Shown in pieces: positions 34,065-48,191 of a stretch of 64,000 nucleotides of DNA (the first letter of the stretch is position 1; the number at the start of each line of letters is the position of its first letter). The stretch covers positions 1 through 64,000 of the forward strand of contig CDRNVI010000148.1 in the NCBI GenBank assembly GCA_977017575.1. The letters run 5' to 3'. Below the pieces are notes generated by a model. That model did no database searches. It worked only from the letters and a program-made list of their open reading frames with translations, and was not told the DNA's origin. The stretch comes from Paramoeba atlantica. Its lineage: Eukaryota; Protista; Discosea. A program made the translations under genes and the position numbers.

Positions 34065-36162
34065 TTACACACTGTTCGCAACCATCCTTTCGAAGATTGA
34101 GTTTTTGACAGAATCAAAACCCTTTTTCACCATTTGAGTGTCCGTTGCGCATGTCACATGAAGATATGTCTAGGAGGAGAAGAAGATTTTTTGTTAATTT
34201 AACATTCAACATGGTTTCACAACCACAACCAAACAAAGAATAAAAAACAATCCTTTTGACAAACAATAAAATCCAAACCTTTTTGTTGCAATCGCTTGCT
34301 TCTTTCTTGAATCTTTGAGCAATAAATTCTAAAGCTTTATCATAATCACATCCACCTTTTCAAAAAATAAAATCAAAAAAAAGAAAAACAAAAACCAAAA
34401 ACAAAAACCAAAAAAAGGTCAACAACAATAAAATTTAGAAAAACCAAAAAGTAAACCTGTGTAACTCTTGAAACAAACATTGAGGTCAACCTTCTGAATC
34501 TTTTTTCGAAATAGATCAACTTTATTGAGGAATAAAACAACTGCTGATTCTTGGAAGTACTATTAAAAAGAGAATCAGAGAAAGAAAGAAAAAAGAGAAT
34601 AGAAGGGATCAAAGAAAGGGTGAACACAAAAAACCAACCGGACAACCACATGCATCATGGAAAAGTTGGAGACTCTCTCTCATTCTGTTTTGTCTTTGAT
34701 CTTCAAACAGTGCCTGGTCATACTCGCTGAAGAAAAGAAGAAAAAATCAGGAAAAAAAATTAAAGAGAAAGGAGTTCGGAGATGTTTACAAAAGAGAAGA
34801 AAAAAAGAATACCTTAAAGCAGCAAAAAAGAGGACAGATTGTACACCTTCAAAACAGTGAATCCATTTCCGTCGTTCTGATCGTTGACCCCCAACATCAA
34901 TCAATCGAATTCGAATGTTCCTTTCAATATTAAAGAAATATTCTGTCCCCAAATTATTAATAATATTAAAAATATTGGGAAAAAAAACCAAAAGTTTGGT
35001 TTGGAGAGAGATAAGAAAAAAGAGAGAAAAGTTTTCTTCCAGAGAAGACTCTTCTGTGGGATGGGGAATTTTAGTTTTGGGGAAAAAGAAAACAAAACAC
35101 AAACCAAGAACACCAGACGTTCGAACTCGACAAGATAAAATATCAGCATCAGATGGAATAAATGTAGACATTAAAATTCGATCCACATTATCAAAGAAAT
35201 AGTCTGCGGTATCAAAGATCTTTTTGTGGAAAGAGAAGGAAAAAAAAATGGTTTCATTAGAAAATTAAAAAAAAGAGAAAAAATATAATTTTTGTGATTC
35301 AATCAATATCTAAGTTGGAAACCTGAAGTTTAGACTGGTTTTCGGTGTAATAGTTTTTCATAGCTGGTAATCCCCACAATTGTGTAATTCCATTTTTAAT
35401 CTGAAAGAAAAAGCTAATTCAGAGAACGGAATACTACATCCACTTTAATCTTCAAAAAGTGTGAAAGCAAAACAAACCGCATCCACATTTGCAACAACAA
35501 AATCGAAATAATTCCATGCTGCAGGATCCAAGTCTGGCTGCATTAACAAATCGAACGCATCGCCATACTTATCAAATCCAAGTTCTTGATAAAGATTGGT
35601 TCTGAAAGAAATCACCATTTTAGTGAACAAAAAGATGGATAATTCATTCACGAGTTCTCTTTTTTGGTCTTCACGGAAACAAACAAAAAGGAAAACAGAA
35701 AGGGAAACAATGAAGGAGAAGAATACAGAGGCAATAATAATAAAAAACAAACCCATGAATAGCAAAAAGAAGCATCCGAAAAGAAGTGAGTAAATGAGAG
35801 GTAATAAAACCCTTGTACAAAACTCTGTCTTCTTCACTAAAACCTTCTCCGTATAAAAATCTCATTTGTTTTGCGAAACTGTGTGTTCAAAAAAAGAAAA
35901 AAGAAAAAAGAATATTAATTATCATTTTTTTTCTCTCTCCTTTTTTTGCTTGTGGTTCGTGGTCTTTTGAGAAGAAGAAGAGAAGGGGGAAAAAGAATAA
36001 AAGAAGATAGTCATACGTTGATTTTCCTGCTTCTCCCGCACCCAAAAGAAGCAGTTTCACTTCTCGATTGGCTTGTTGCCGATCATTTCTCAACCCTTTG
36101 TCAATATCCCGACTTCGTTCTCGATCTTCAGGATCAGCTTGACCACCAGCACAATTTCCCAT
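34065..36162 (-). CDS. Heterotrimeric G-protein alpha subunit; multi-exon
   Basis: MGNC acylation start; [14 protein letters not shown]; CRVRTSG; [19 protein letters not shown]; LFLNKVDLF; HVTCATDT. Confidence 0.95.
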
Positions 36163-36676
36163 TTTTTTTTTTTTTGGAAAAGAAAGAAAAAGAAAAATCA
36201 AAGAGAGAGAGAGAAGAAAGGAGAAAAGTGAAAAAAGAAGAAGGAAAAAAAAATGAGAGAAAGGCGGAAAAAGTCAAAAAAAGAAAACAAAAAACAAGGA
36301 AAGCAAAGAAAAACGGCAAGAATAGGGCCTATGACCAAATATGGAAACAGATGATGATTTTTAAAACTCTTTAAAGTCGAAATCTGTCATTTTGATTGTG
36401 GTTTTGTTCCGCGTTTTTTTTTTGTTTGAGAGAACGGTGATGGTTGGTGGTTGAGGGTTGATGTTTGATGGTCAAGGTCAAATTCGTTGCCCATTTTGTT
36501 ACAAATGATGATCGGAATGAACAATCATGACAATCTTTTTTGTTTGAACCAAAAAACTTTTTTAAAATCCGCAGGGGAAACAGAAATAAATCCAGAAAGC
36601 CAAAATTAGAGCCACGATTTCTTTTTTTTGTGAAAGGGTTTGTTGGTTTTTTGGACGAGAGTGAAGAAGATTTGAA

Positions 36677-37266
36677 ATGGCTGTCTCTTTGACACCAATG
36701 AAACTCGTTGTTGCGATGGATACTTCTTCATTTTCTGAGAGGGCGTTTGAGTGGAGTTTGAATTTTCTGAAGAACCGACACTGCCCAGGTTTTTTGTTTT
36801 TTTGTTTTTTTTTGGTTTTGTTGAGGTGAATTAAACTCTTTTTTTTTTTAGAGGATCGCCTGGTTGTTATTCATTCGATTTATTTAACTGAGTCATCTTG
36901 GATGGATCCTTTTCATGATAAGTTGGATGCTCTCTGGAATCAAGGTTGAACTCTCTTGATTGAAAACTTGTTTTTTTTTTCTTGAGTGAACACTCCCCCT
37001 GAATAGAAAAGGAACAACAAGCTCAGGAACTCAAGAAGAAAATTGCCAAAACCTTCGAAGAAGCAGAGGTTGATATTCCATTGTATGAATGGGTCCCCTT
37101 GAAAGGAGATCCCCGAGAAAAGATTCTCCACTATGTTGAGGAAAGCAAGCCATCATTGTTGGTGATGGGGAAAAAAGGTCTTTCGACAATGGAAAAAGTT
37201 TTTGTTGGGAGTGTGAGTCAATATTGTATTCAAAATTCGGCAGTTCCTGTGATGGTCATCCACTGA
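36677..37266 (+). CDS. Universal stress protein (UspA domain); 3 exons
   Basis: KLVVAMDTSSFSERAFEW; GDPREKILHYVEE; LLVMGKKGLSTMEKVFVGSVSQYCIQNSAVPVMVI. Confidence 0.9.
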
Positions 37267-37631
37267 GAGAATATTAAAATGTGAAAAAAAAAACATGAAA
37301 AAAGTCAATCAAATAAGACATTAGTTAGAAAAATTTTGTGAAATTAAAAATCACACAACCAAACTTCCAATCAAACTTCCTCTTCCAATCTTTGCCCTTG
37401 AACAATCAAAAAAATTTCTCTTCTCGAACCGTCAGAATTCTTCGAAATCGTCCATTCCCAGCGAGCAAATCAAATATTGAGAATATCAATAGAAAATCAA
37501 AGACAAAAAGATGGATTTGATTTTCTCGAAGAGTCAGTGAGGGACACCATCTCCGTTTTCTTTTTCGTTTTTCTTTTTCGCCAAAAGACAAACTCTCCTC
37601 TCTTTCTTTTTTTCTTTTCTTTTCCAAAGAA

Positions 37632-40600
37632 ATGGAAACGAGGAGTCTTTTGGGTTCTGATCCCATTGGGCCTGATGATGAGGAGGTTTGTTTTTGGGAG
37701 ATCTTCTTTTTTTTTTTCTTTTTCTGATCTTGTACTTCTTTTGTTTGTGTTAGTACGTCAAAGAGGAAAACCCTTTTGCTTTTAGTGCGGAGGATTTCAA
37801 ACCAGGGACAATTGGCTCCAAGAAAGTGTATCCACTTTTGTTGACCTGGAAGGATGTCAATTGTTCACTTGAGAAAGAGACTGGTCCAATTTGTCGAAAG
37901 ACAAAGGAGAGAAAAGATATTTTGCAGGTTTCTCTCTTTTTCTTTTTCGATTCTTTTCTCCTTCAACAAAGGAGGGTCGAAGCGGTTTTTTTTTTTGTTT
38001 CATAATTCTTTTTTTTCTATCGTTATCAAGGGGGTCTCAGGGTTTGCGAAACCTGGAACACTGACAGCAATTATTGGTTCTTCTGGAGCTGGTTCATTTT
38101 TTAATTCATTCCCATTTCCCCTCTCTTTCTCTCCTTTCTCTCCTTTCTCTCTCTTTCTCTTAAAGAAGTCCTTTCTCTTGCACCTCTCAGGGAAATCTAC
38201 CCTCTTGGATATTCTTTCTCTCCGAAAAAATGTTGGTAATCTTTCAGGAGAGATTTTGGTCAACGGTGCTCCCAGGTTCGAAAAATGAAAAATGAATTAG
38301 AAGAAGAAAGAGAATAGAAGTAAAAGAGAAAAGAGAGATTGAGAAAAAATTATTTAGGAATGGAGCTTTTAAGAGATTTTCTGCCTATGTAACACAAGAG
38401 GATATTTTAATGGCCACGCTGACAGTCAAGGAAACCCTTCAATTTCATGTCAATTTAGCGTTAGAAAGAGACCCAGTTATCATCTTCTTTTCTCTTTTCT
38501 TTGCTTCTTTCTTTCTTCTTTCTCATGTTTTCTGTTTCAAGCATGATTCAAGTGAGGAGAGAATCGCCAAAAGAGAGAAACGTGTTGCAGAAATGATTCA
38601 TGAACTGGGACTTGAAAAAACCACGAATATGCGAGGTATTCTCTTCTTCCTTTCTCTTTTTCATTTTACTCTCTATCTCTTCACTTTGACTTTCAAATAA
38701 ATTTTTATATTATTTTTAAGTTGGAAACGAAATTGAGAGAGGGATTTCTGGAGGAGAAAAGAAACGATTGAGTGTTGGGTGTGAAATGATCTCTGAACCC
38801 AGGTTCTTGTTTCTTGTTATTTTCGTATTATTATTCTTTCGTTCTTCTTTTTTTTTTTTCCAAGATTGAGGAAAATTTTATTCTTTCTTGTTTATAAATT
38901 TAATTTTTTTATAGCCTTTTGTTTTTGGATGAACCGACTACAGGACTTGATGGTTTTCTTTTCTTTAATTTTTTTTTTTCGAATTCTCTTCTTCTTTGAC
39001 AATTTTCTTTTTCAAAAAGCATTTAATTCACAACAAGTCGTCTACACACTCAAAAAGTTAGCTATGTCTGGTCGAACTATTCTCTGTACTCTCCATCAAC
39101 CTCGCTCTTCAATTTTTGCCATGTTCTTTGATCTTTCCTTCTTTCCTTTCTTATTTTTTCTCATCCCCTTTCCCCTTTTCTCTTCTTATTTTTAGGTTTG
39201 ATTATATTTGTTGTCTATCAGAAGGGAAAGTTGTGTATTTTGGTCAAGCAAAAGAAGCTGTAAATTATTTCGCTACTGAAGTTTCTGAGAAATGCTCTTC
39301 TTATTTCAATCCTGCTGATTTTATTATTGATCTTGCCTTGGAAGATGAAAGGCGAAGGTTTCTCATCTTTTCTTTTTTTTCTCTCTCTGTGAACTTAATT
39401 ATTTTGGATTAGATTTGCGTTGAAAAATGACAGAGAAATTCCTCTGAAATTTAATGGGAAGGTTTGAGTTTTTCTTTTTTTTTTGAAGAGAATTTTTTCA
39501 AATTCATTTTTCTCTTTCTAAAGCCAATCTCTGATGGGGGAGGAAAACTTGTCGGTGATTCTTCTCTTGCCAATGTTTATGAAGAATCTTCGGTTCACCA
39601 AAAGACACTGCAAGAAATCGAACACGTAAATGGCTCAGGTTTTTCTTTCTCATTCCTCTCTCTCTTTTTTCTCTTTCTTTGTTCTCTGAATTTTTAGTTA
39701 ATTCAATTTTAACTTTAGAAAGTGGAGAAGTGATAGATTTGGGAATGGGAGCAGAAGTACCTGAGACGAAAATGGAGTCTTTTGAGATGTACAATGTCTC
39801 ACGTTTTGCTGGTACAATTTTTCTTTCAAAAAGAATTTAATTTTTTGAGTTTTTCACAAGAAATTTTTCTTTTCTTTTGGACAGTTTCTTGGCCTTATCA
39901 ATTAGCTTACCTTCTTCAACGACAATGGAGAAACATCTCCAGAAATTCATTTACAAGTATTGTTGTGATTGTCCAAGTTTTGTGTTTTTTTTTCTCTTAT
40001 CTTTGGCAAAAATTGTGAAGTTTAGTGTTTATTTACTGATATGATGTTATTATTATTATTATTTTTTTTTTTAGGCGACAATTATGTCTCTATTTGTGGG
40101 AAGTTTATTTTATAATACTCTTGACGATCCAGATAGTATGATTTTTATTGACTTCACATAACCAATCTTGCTCGAAATTTTGATTTTATATTTTTTTTTT
40201 GTTTGGCTAACTTTTTTTGAAATGAATAGTCCAGGCGTCTTTGAGAGTCCAAAATCGAATGGGAGCACTCTTTTTTTGTATGGTTAATTTATCATTCTCG
40301 CAAATGCAAGTAATTTTTTTGTTTTTCTTTGAATAATAAGATATTAGCTTGTAATTCTGAGCTTTATTTCCTTTGGCTGATCCTCACATTCATTTCTTTC
40401 TCTCTTTTCTTTCTTCCTTTTGCAACAGTCTCTCTTAGCCTTTGTAAATGAAAGAAGCCTCTTTCTCAAAGAGAAAAACGCGGGGTTATATAGAGTCAGC
40501 GCATATTACATTGCAAGAACAATAGTAGATGTACCAAGCGTGTTTATTGCCCCATTGATATTTTGTACTATTGCTTATTGGTTTATTGGGTTTCAGAGTG

Positions 40601-41437
40601 ATGTCGAAAAGTTTTTTACTTTTATTGCAATTTTTTTTGTGATGATTAATACAATGGTGAGCTTTTTTGTTTTTGTGGGGTGCTTGAGTCAGAATCCTCA
40701 GGTAATGTTTTTTTTTTTCTTTTTCTATTGTTCCAATTCTATTTTTTTTTTGAAGAAAACTTAATTTTTTGTTAATTTTATTTTATTGGTCGTTAGGTGT
40801 GCCAAGTCATTGCTTCTCTCTTGACAGGTTTGCTCCTCTCTTTTTTTCTTTTTTCGAGTTGCTCAGAAGAACTAACTGAATCATTTTTTTTGTTCACAGT
40901 TATTTTCTTTTTATTTGCTGGATTATTTGTTTCGACTGATTCAATTCCGGATTACTACATTTGGCTTCAGTTCGCTTTTTTCGATTCTCTCTTTCATTCT
41001 GAATCCCTCAATTAATAATAATTAAATTAGATATCTTTCTCCTTTTAAATATGCTTATGCTGCTCTTCTAATAAATGAATTTGAGGGTCTCTGTTTATGT
41101 CAGGAAATCAATGGGGTACTTTTTTCTTCTTTCATTTCTTTTCAAAAACAATTCCTAATACTCACACTTCTTTTTCCTCTCTTCCTTTTTTTTCTCTGTC
41201 ATTTCTTTCTCTCTTCAGAGATGTCCAGATGTTCCTGCTTGCATGGGAGAAAATTTACTCTTCTGTGACGAAAGTCCATCTGATGATGTGGGGAGTACCG
41301 GACAATCTCTTTGTTTAGTTGGAACTGATTCTCTTGAAAATGTTTGGTATAATGTTCTTGTATTAGCTGGGATGTTGTTTACATATCGATTGCTGGGTTA
41401 TTTTGCTCTTCGATTTTTGTACAATCAGAAGAGATAA
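37632..41437 (+). CDS. ABCG (White-family) half transporter; many exons
   Basis: Walker A split as AIIGSSGAG|KSTLLDIL; RGISGGEKKRLSVG; FLDEPTTGLD; CTLHQPRSSIF; membrane domain ERSLFLKEKNAGLYRVSAYY and FAGLFV. Confidence 0.93.
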
Positions 41438-41760
41438 AAGGAGTTGAACAGAGACAAGTGATGAGGGACTTTTATTTTTGGCGAATAAAATGAATTTAAA
41501 AATTTCATTTGTATTTGACAAATGAAAACAGAACAACAAGATCAAAAAACATTTTTGGGGAGAAGGTTTCCAGGAGACTTCGTTGACACCAAAATAGAGC
41601 ACTCTGAATTGACACAGAGCTTTTCTGAAAGGTCTGTGTTGAAAGAAAAAGAAATTGTTTCAAATGAGAAACAGAAATTTTAAAAAGAGCTCTAAATTTT
41701 TTTAGCTTTCGTTTTCTTTTCTCTCTTTTTCCACCAGAAGAGAAGAAAGGAAGAAGAGAA

Positions 41761-42749
41761 ATGAGAGGGTTCTCTTTCTTCTCTCTCTCTTTCCTCTCTC
41801 TCCTCTCTCTTCTCTCTCTCCTCTCTCTCCAATTGGAGGCCAAATCACTCTTCAAACATCCTCATCCGAAGAAAGAGAGAGTGTTCGAGATACATGGAGA
41901 AGAGAAGAGCTTTTTCTCTACACCTTCTCTTTCTTCCTCTGTTCCTTTGAGAGCTTGTTTTCAGTTCTCTTTTCTTTTTCTTTCTTTTCTTTTCTTTTTT
42001 GTTTTGGGGAAAAAATTGAAGAGAAAAGGAAGAGATGAAAATTTTGAGAGGGATGAAAAAGAGAAAAGGAGAAGAGAGAAAAAAGAGTAGGAGAAAAAGA
42101 GAAAGAGAGAAAGAAATCTCGAAAGTGTTTTTTCTTTAATTTCTTTTTTCTTTAATTAACAAATTAATTATTCACAAATTGATTTTCCAATCAAAATTCA
42201 ATAGAGATACTGGACATAAGACAAAATGTGGATATGTTTGTCATTTTTTTTTCTGTCATTTTTTTTTTTTCAATGAATTTTGTTTGGAAAGAGAGAGGGA
42301 GAGAATGAGAGGAGAAAGAGGAGAGAGGAGAGAGAGAAGAGAAGAAGAAAAATAGAAAAATCAGAAGAAAAAACAGAAAAAACTTTCCTCCAATTTCTCT
42401 TCTCTCTCTCCTCAATCCTTTTCTCTCCTCTTTCCTCTCTCTCTCTTTCTTCTTTCTCTTCTCTCTCCTCTTTTCTCTCTCTCTTTCTTCTCTCTCTTCT
42501 CTCTCCTCTTTTCTTTTCCCTTTTCTCTTTTTTCTCTCTCCTCTCCTCTCTCCGCAACCCTTTTCTCTCTCTTTCTCCTCTCTCTCTTTCTTCTTTCCTC
42601 TCTCTCTCTCTTTCTCTCCCCTCTCTTTCTCTCTTCTCTTTTATAGGCTTGTGCACCATCATTTGTGATATTAGGAGCACCAAAAGCAGGAACAAGTGCT
42701 TTGTTTCAATTTATTTGTGCTCATTCCCAAGTTTCTATTTTTTTTTGAT

Positions 42750-42792
<43 letters not shown>

Positions 42793-43898
42793 TTTCTTTT
42801 TATTTTATTATTTATTTTATTATTTATTTTATTTCTTCTTTTTTTTGTTTTTCTTTCTCTATCTTTTTTCTATTTTTTTGTTTTTTTCTTCCTTTCCCTT
42901 CGTCTTTCCCCTTCTTCTTTTGCCAAAAAAATAAAAATTTATTCTTTGATCCAAGGTCGTGTGTGGTGGGAAAGAATTTCACGGAACTCAATTTTTCTCA
43001 GTTGTTCCTTCTTGTCAACTTTCTGGAGATAAAATTTCAGGTTTTTTTTAAACTCTTTATCTTTCCTCTTCCTTTTCTCTTTCTTTTTTCCCTCTTTCTT
43101 TTCTTTTTCAATTTCAATTCTTTTTTTTTTCTTTTTTTAATCTTTCTTTTCAAAAAATAACAAAACTCTTTCCCACAAAAAAGGATTTTTCTGGCCAACA
43201 GAACCAAAATACCAAAAAATGCTGAAAAACACGACCAAATTCATCCTCCTCTTCCGCCAACCAGACGACTGGGTCTATTCAGCATTCAGTTTCTGGTGCA
43301 ATCGTTTTGTAGATGGAGAATGCAAACCAGGAGAATGGGCCACTCAAAAAAGAGATCCAAAACAATTTGATAAATTGTTGAGAGAAATGTGTGTAAATGG
43401 GAGTCAGAATTGTCCTTTTATTTTTCCTCATTGGGAGTCTCAATTTTTGTCGACTGTTTCTACTGTGGGGAGAGAGAATTTGTTGGTTTTGTCGACTGAG
43501 AATTTGTATCATTTTCCGGAGAAGACGATGAGTGATGTTTTTCAATTTTTGGAGCTTAGGAAGTTTTGTATTTTCTTTTTTTTTGTTTTGAATTATTTGT
43601 TTTTTTTTTAAAAAACAAAGAAAAAAGAGAAATTGAAAGAAAAGAATATTTTTCTTAAATCATTTTTCAAAAAAAAAAAAATAGATTTCAAGGAGATCCC
43701 AAAAAAGTTTTCAACATTGCAGTCAACACAAACGCAAACAAAGGAGTCAATGCAAGATCAGCACATGAAAAGGGATTGGGAAAAACACTCCAAACAATGC
43801 TTCCTTCTTCTCGGGTTCTTTTGAGAAATATCACTGATTATGAAAATGTGAAAATTCGTTTGGAGAATTTGACTGGTGTTTCTTTGGGTTGGGATTGA
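41761..43898 (+). CDS. Sulfotransferase (heparan-sulfate-ST-like), paralog of 9380-10680; 6 exons
   Basis: Signal-like N-terminus, PLRACF, PSFVILGAPKAGTSALFQF, FRQPDDWVYSAF and C-terminal RLENLTGVSLGWD. Confidence 0.85.
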
Positions 43899-44447
43899 GA
43901 GAGAGAGAGAAGAGGAAGAGAAGGGGGATGAGCGGTCCTGCTGGAGAGAGAGAGAGAGAGAGAGGCGAGAGATGGGAGAGGTGGAGAGATAATCTTCACT
44001 TTTTATTATCTTTTCTATTTTTATTTCACAAAACATTCACACAACCAATTTTTGGTTGACATTTTGGAATCTCAAAAAACCAGAAAATTCCTTTCTTACG
44101 AAATTTTCCTTATTTTTATTCCCTTTGTCCAAATTTTGTTGTTCAAATTTGTGGATTTGGGTTTGTCACTTTGTTGAGAAATTGTCCAAACAATCTTTCT
44201 TTGGTTCAGAGGTCAGACTCACCGACTTTGGTTCCCCAAACTCAAAATTCTTTCAAAATTCTTGGATTTTGTTTTTTATTTCTTGGATTTTCTTCTTTTG
44301 GGCATCCTTTTCAGTTTTTGTTCTCGCTTTCTCTTTCTTTGGAAAGAAAGATGTTTGGACTCGAGAATTCTCCGAAAATCTTTTTCTTTTCACTCTCTCT
44401 CTTCTCTTTCACCAAATCTCAACACCTTCACCAGACCACAAAAGAAG

Positions 44448-45141
44448 ATGGAAAGACAAACTCCACCAGAAAATGAGAAACTTTTGGATGCCATTAAGAA
44501 AGGAGATAAAGAACTTGTCAAAGTTCTTCTTCAAAATCAAAAAATGAATGTCAACTTCCAAAACAGGGTTGGTTGGCAGAAAGAGAAGAAAAAAAAGAAA
44601 GAAAAGAAAGAGAAGAAGGAAAGGGGTGAGAATAATGGTGAATTGTCTTGGTTCTTTATTTTAAAACTTCTTTTTGTTGTTCAAAGTATGGAGGGACCGC
44701 TCTTCACCTTGCTGCTCACTTGGGTTCTGGAGATATTGTGAAAATTCTTCTTGAAAATGAAGCCAATCTTCATCTTCGAGATGAAGTTTTGATTTTCTTT
44801 TTCTTTTTCTTTTTCTTTTTTTTTCTTTTTTGATTTGTTTTCTCATTTTTATTTGCTGTTGATCATTTTGATGGTGGTGTGATGATGATTTTGTTATTGT
44901 TCTTTTTTTTAAATTTCTTTTTGTGAAGGATGGAATGACCGCCTTGGATGTTGCAAGAGATAAAAGAATTGTTAAACTGATCAACACATTTGAAGAAAGG
45001 GTTTAATTTTTTGTTTCAATTTTCTTTTTTCCTTTTCTTTTTCAAGTTTTGTGTTTCGTTGAGATATGTTGTTGTTCAAAGTTTTTATTTTTGTTTTGGC
45101 AGAAGAGAGCTAAAAATATCAAACCAGCCAAAAGATCCTAG
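44448..45141 (+). CDS. Short ankyrin-repeat protein; 4 exons, ends NIKPAKRS
   Basis: N-cap LLDAIKKGDKELVKVLL; 99-nt exon YGGTALHLAAHLGSGDIVKILLENEANLHLRDE; C-cap DGMTALDVA. Confidence 0.85.
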
Positions 45142-45438
45142 AAAGAGAATAAAACAAAAGAATATCTCTCTCTGAAGAATCATCATTTTGCATGAGCTTG
45201 ATTTTGAAAACCAACGAATCATTTCGAAGTGTTGAGAAAAGTTTTCAATTTCTTTTCTTTTTTGAAAGAAAGAAAGAAAGAGAAGAAGGAAAGAAGAAGA
45301 ACAACAGACCTTTTCAACGGAAAGTTTGTTGAAAGAGAAAGAGAAGAGAAGAAGAACAAACTTTTTGGATTTTGGCTTCAAGAATTTTAGAGTGCTATTT
45401 TTCTGTTTTTGTTTTCTCTCTTTTGGTTTTGGGGAAGG

Positions 45439-45910
45439 ATGAGTGATGGTGGTGAAGAGGAATGGAAGGCAAGAATTTTAGTGGACAAGAATCTGGATTA
45501 CCTTGCGAGGGGATTAAATGAAAGAACATCGAAAATGGCCTTCTTAATCCAAGAAGAACTTTCTGAAGAAGAACTTGTTCTCCCTTTTGATGGAGTTCTT
45601 TTATTTCCTTCAAACTGGTTTTCGTACTTTTTCAAAAGAGCAACTCGATGAAGAAGTGGCAACATTTGAGAAATTTGTTCGTTTGGTTGGTGGAATTGAA
45701 GGAAAGTGTTTGGGGATTTGGATTTCAATGCATGATCGGGGTATGAAAGATAGAATGGTAGAGAAACTTCATTTGAAAGAAAGAAATTGTGAGTGGTGTT
45801 GGGATTATCTTGATGATGGTGAGAGGATCGAGGATCCCTACCTTCGAGTCGGTAAATTTTTTGAAGAGAATACTCAACAACAATGTCAAATCAAACCAGC
45901 AAAAAGGTGA
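45439..45910 (+). pseudogene. Array copy 1, +1 frameshift
   Basis: An extra T in GTTCTTTTATT near 45600 splits the frame into ORFs 45409-45651 and 45575-45910. A homopolymer sequencing error is possible. Confidence 0.7.
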
Positions 45911-46092
45911 TTTTTATTGATCATTTTTGAACTGACCTTGAATGTCTTTTCTCTTCGTTGTTTTGTGTTGAGAAAAAGTTTTGCTGTTGAAAGAAAGAGA
46001 AAGAGAAAGAAGAGAAGAACAATTTTGATTCTTTGAATTTTAGAATGCTATTTTTTTCTTTTTTGTTTTCTCTCTTTTGGTTTTGGGGAAGG

Positions 46093-46557
46093 ATGAGCGA
46101 TGAAGAGGAATGGAAGGCAAGAATTCTCGTGAACATCCTTTGGAGTGACCTTATGAATGAGTTAAATGAAAGAACATCGAAAATCACCTTCTTAATTCGA
46201 CAAGAACTTTCTGAAGAAGAACTTGCTCTCCCTTTTGATGGAGCTCTTTATTTACCTCTAGGTGCTCTTCGTACTTTCTCAACAGAGGAACTCGATAAAG
46301 AAGTGAAAACATTTGAGAAATTTGTTCGTTTGGTTGGTGGAATTGAAGGAAAGTGTTTGGCAATTTGGGTTGAGGTGGGTGATCGGGGTATGAAAGATAC
46401 AATGGTAGAGAAACTTCGTTTGAAAGAAAGAAATTATGAGTGGTGTTGGGATTACACTGGTGATGGTGAGAGGATCGACGTTGTCTACCTTCGAATCTGT
46501 AAATTTTTTGAAGAGAATACTCACCAACAATGTCAAATCAAACCAGCAAAAAGGTGA
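46093..46557 (+). CDS. Array copy 2, unknown ~154-aa protein
   Basis: Intact ORF MSDEEEWKARILVN..QIKPAKR. Confidence 0.8.
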   Translation: MSDEEEWKARILVNILWSDLMNELNERTSKITFLIRQELSEEELALPFDGALYLPLGALRTFSTEELDKEVKTFEKFVRLVGGIEGKCLAIWVEVGDRGMKDTMVEKLRLKERNYEWCWDYTGDGERIDVVYLRICKFFEENTHQQCQIKPAKR

Positions 46558-46789
46558 TTCGGATTGATCATTGACTTTGAACTGATTCACCATTTTGAAC
46601 GTCTTTTCTCTTCATTGTTTTGTGTTGAGAAAAAGTTTTGCAATTCATTTTCAAACTTTTTGTTGAAACGAAAGAGAAAGAGAAAGAGAAAGAGAAGAAC
46701 AAACTTTTTGGATTTTAACTTCAAGAATTTTAGAGTGCTATTTTTTTCTGTTTTTGTTTTCGTTTTCTCTCTTTTGGTTTTGGGGAAGG

Positions 46790-47257
46790 ATGAGTGATGG
46801 TGGTGAAGAGGAATGGAAGGCAAGAATTTTGGTGAACAGAAATTGGAGTTACCTTATGAGAAACTTAAATGAAAGTACATCGAAAGTGATCTTCTTCATC
46901 CAAGAAAAACTTTCTGAAGAACTTGTTCTCCCTTTTGATGGAGCTCTTTATTTCCTTCAAACTGGTATTCATACTTTTTCAAAAGAGCAACTCGATGAAG
47001 AAGTGGAAAGATTTGAGAAATTTGTTCGTTTTGTTGGTGGAATTGAAGGAAAGTGTTTGGGGATTTGGGTTGCAGTGGGTGATCGGGGTATGAAAGATAC
47101 AATGGTAGAGAAACTTCATTTGAAAGAAAGAAATTGTGAGTGGTTTTGGGATTATTTTGATGATGGTGAGAGGATCGAGGATCTCTACCTTCGAGTCGGT
47201 AAATTTTTTGAAGAGAATACTCACCAACAATGTCAATTCAAACCAGCAAAAAGGTGA
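46790..47257 (+). CDS. Array copy 3, unknown protein
   Basis: Intact ORF ending QFKPAKR. Confidence 0.8.
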   Translation: MSDGGEEEWKARILVNRNWSYLMRNLNESTSKVIFFIQEKLSEELVLPFDGALYFLQTGIHTFSKEQLDEEVERFEKFVRFVGGIEGKCLGIWVAVGDRGMKDTMVEKLHLKERNCEWFWDYFDDGERIEDLYLRVGKFFEENTHQQCQFKPAKR

Positions 47258-47465
47258 TTTTTATTGATCATCCTTTTGAATGAGATTGATTTTGAACTGA
47301 CCTTGAATGTCTTTTCTCTTCATTGTTTTGTGTTGAGAAAAAGTTTTGCTGTTGAAAGAAAGAGAAAGAGAAAGAAGAGAAGAACAATTTTGATTCTTTG
47401 AATTTTAGAGTGCTATTTTTTTCTGTTTTTTGTTTTCGTTTTCTCTCTTTTGGTTTTGGGGAAGG

Positions 47466-47936
47466 ATGAGCGATGGTGGTGAAGAGGAATGGAAGGCAAG
47501 AATTCTCGTGAACATCCTTTGGAGTGACCTTGTGGAGGAGTTAAATGAAAGAACATCGAAAGTGGCCTTCTTAATTCAACAAAAACTTTCTGAAGAAGAA
47601 CTTGCTCTCCCTTTTGATGGAGCTCTTTATTTACCTCCGGATGGTCTTCGCAATTTTTCAACAGAGGAACTCGATGAAGAAGTGGAAAGATTTGAGAAAT
47701 TTGTTTCTTTTGTTGGTGGAATTGAAGGAAAGTGTTTGGCAATTTGGGTTGATGCGCATGATCAGGATATGAAAGATACAATGGGAGAGAAACTTCATTT
47801 GAAAGAAAGAAATTGTGAGTGGTGTTGGGATTATCTTCATTTTAACGAGAGGAATGATGCTGTCTACCTTCGAATCTGTAAATTTTTTGAAGAGAATGCC
47901 CAACAACAATGTCAAATCAAACCAGCAAAAAGGTGA
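47466..47936 (+). CDS. Array copy 4, unknown protein
   Basis: Intact ORF ending QIKPAKR. Confidence 0.8.
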   Translation: MSDGGEEEWKARILVNILWSDLVEELNERTSKVAFLIQQKLSEEELALPFDGALYLPPDGLRNFSTEELDEEVERFEKFVSFVGGIEGKCLAIWVDAHDQDMKDTMGEKLHLKERNCEWCWDYLHFNERNDAVYLRICKFFEENAQQQCQIKPAKR

Positions 47937-48191
47937 TTTTTATTGATCCTCATTTTGAATGAGATTCACCATTTTGAACTGATTCACCATTTTGAATGTC
48001 TTTTCTCTTTGTTGTTTTGTGTTGAGAAAAAGTTTTGCAATTCATTTTCAAACTTTTTGGTGAAACGAAAGAGAAAGAGAAAGAGAAAGAGAAAAGAAGA
48101 ACAAACTTTTTGGATTTTGACTTCAAGATTTTTAGAGTGCTATTTTTTTCTGTTTTCGTTTTCGTTTTCTCTCTTTTGGTTTTGGGGAAGG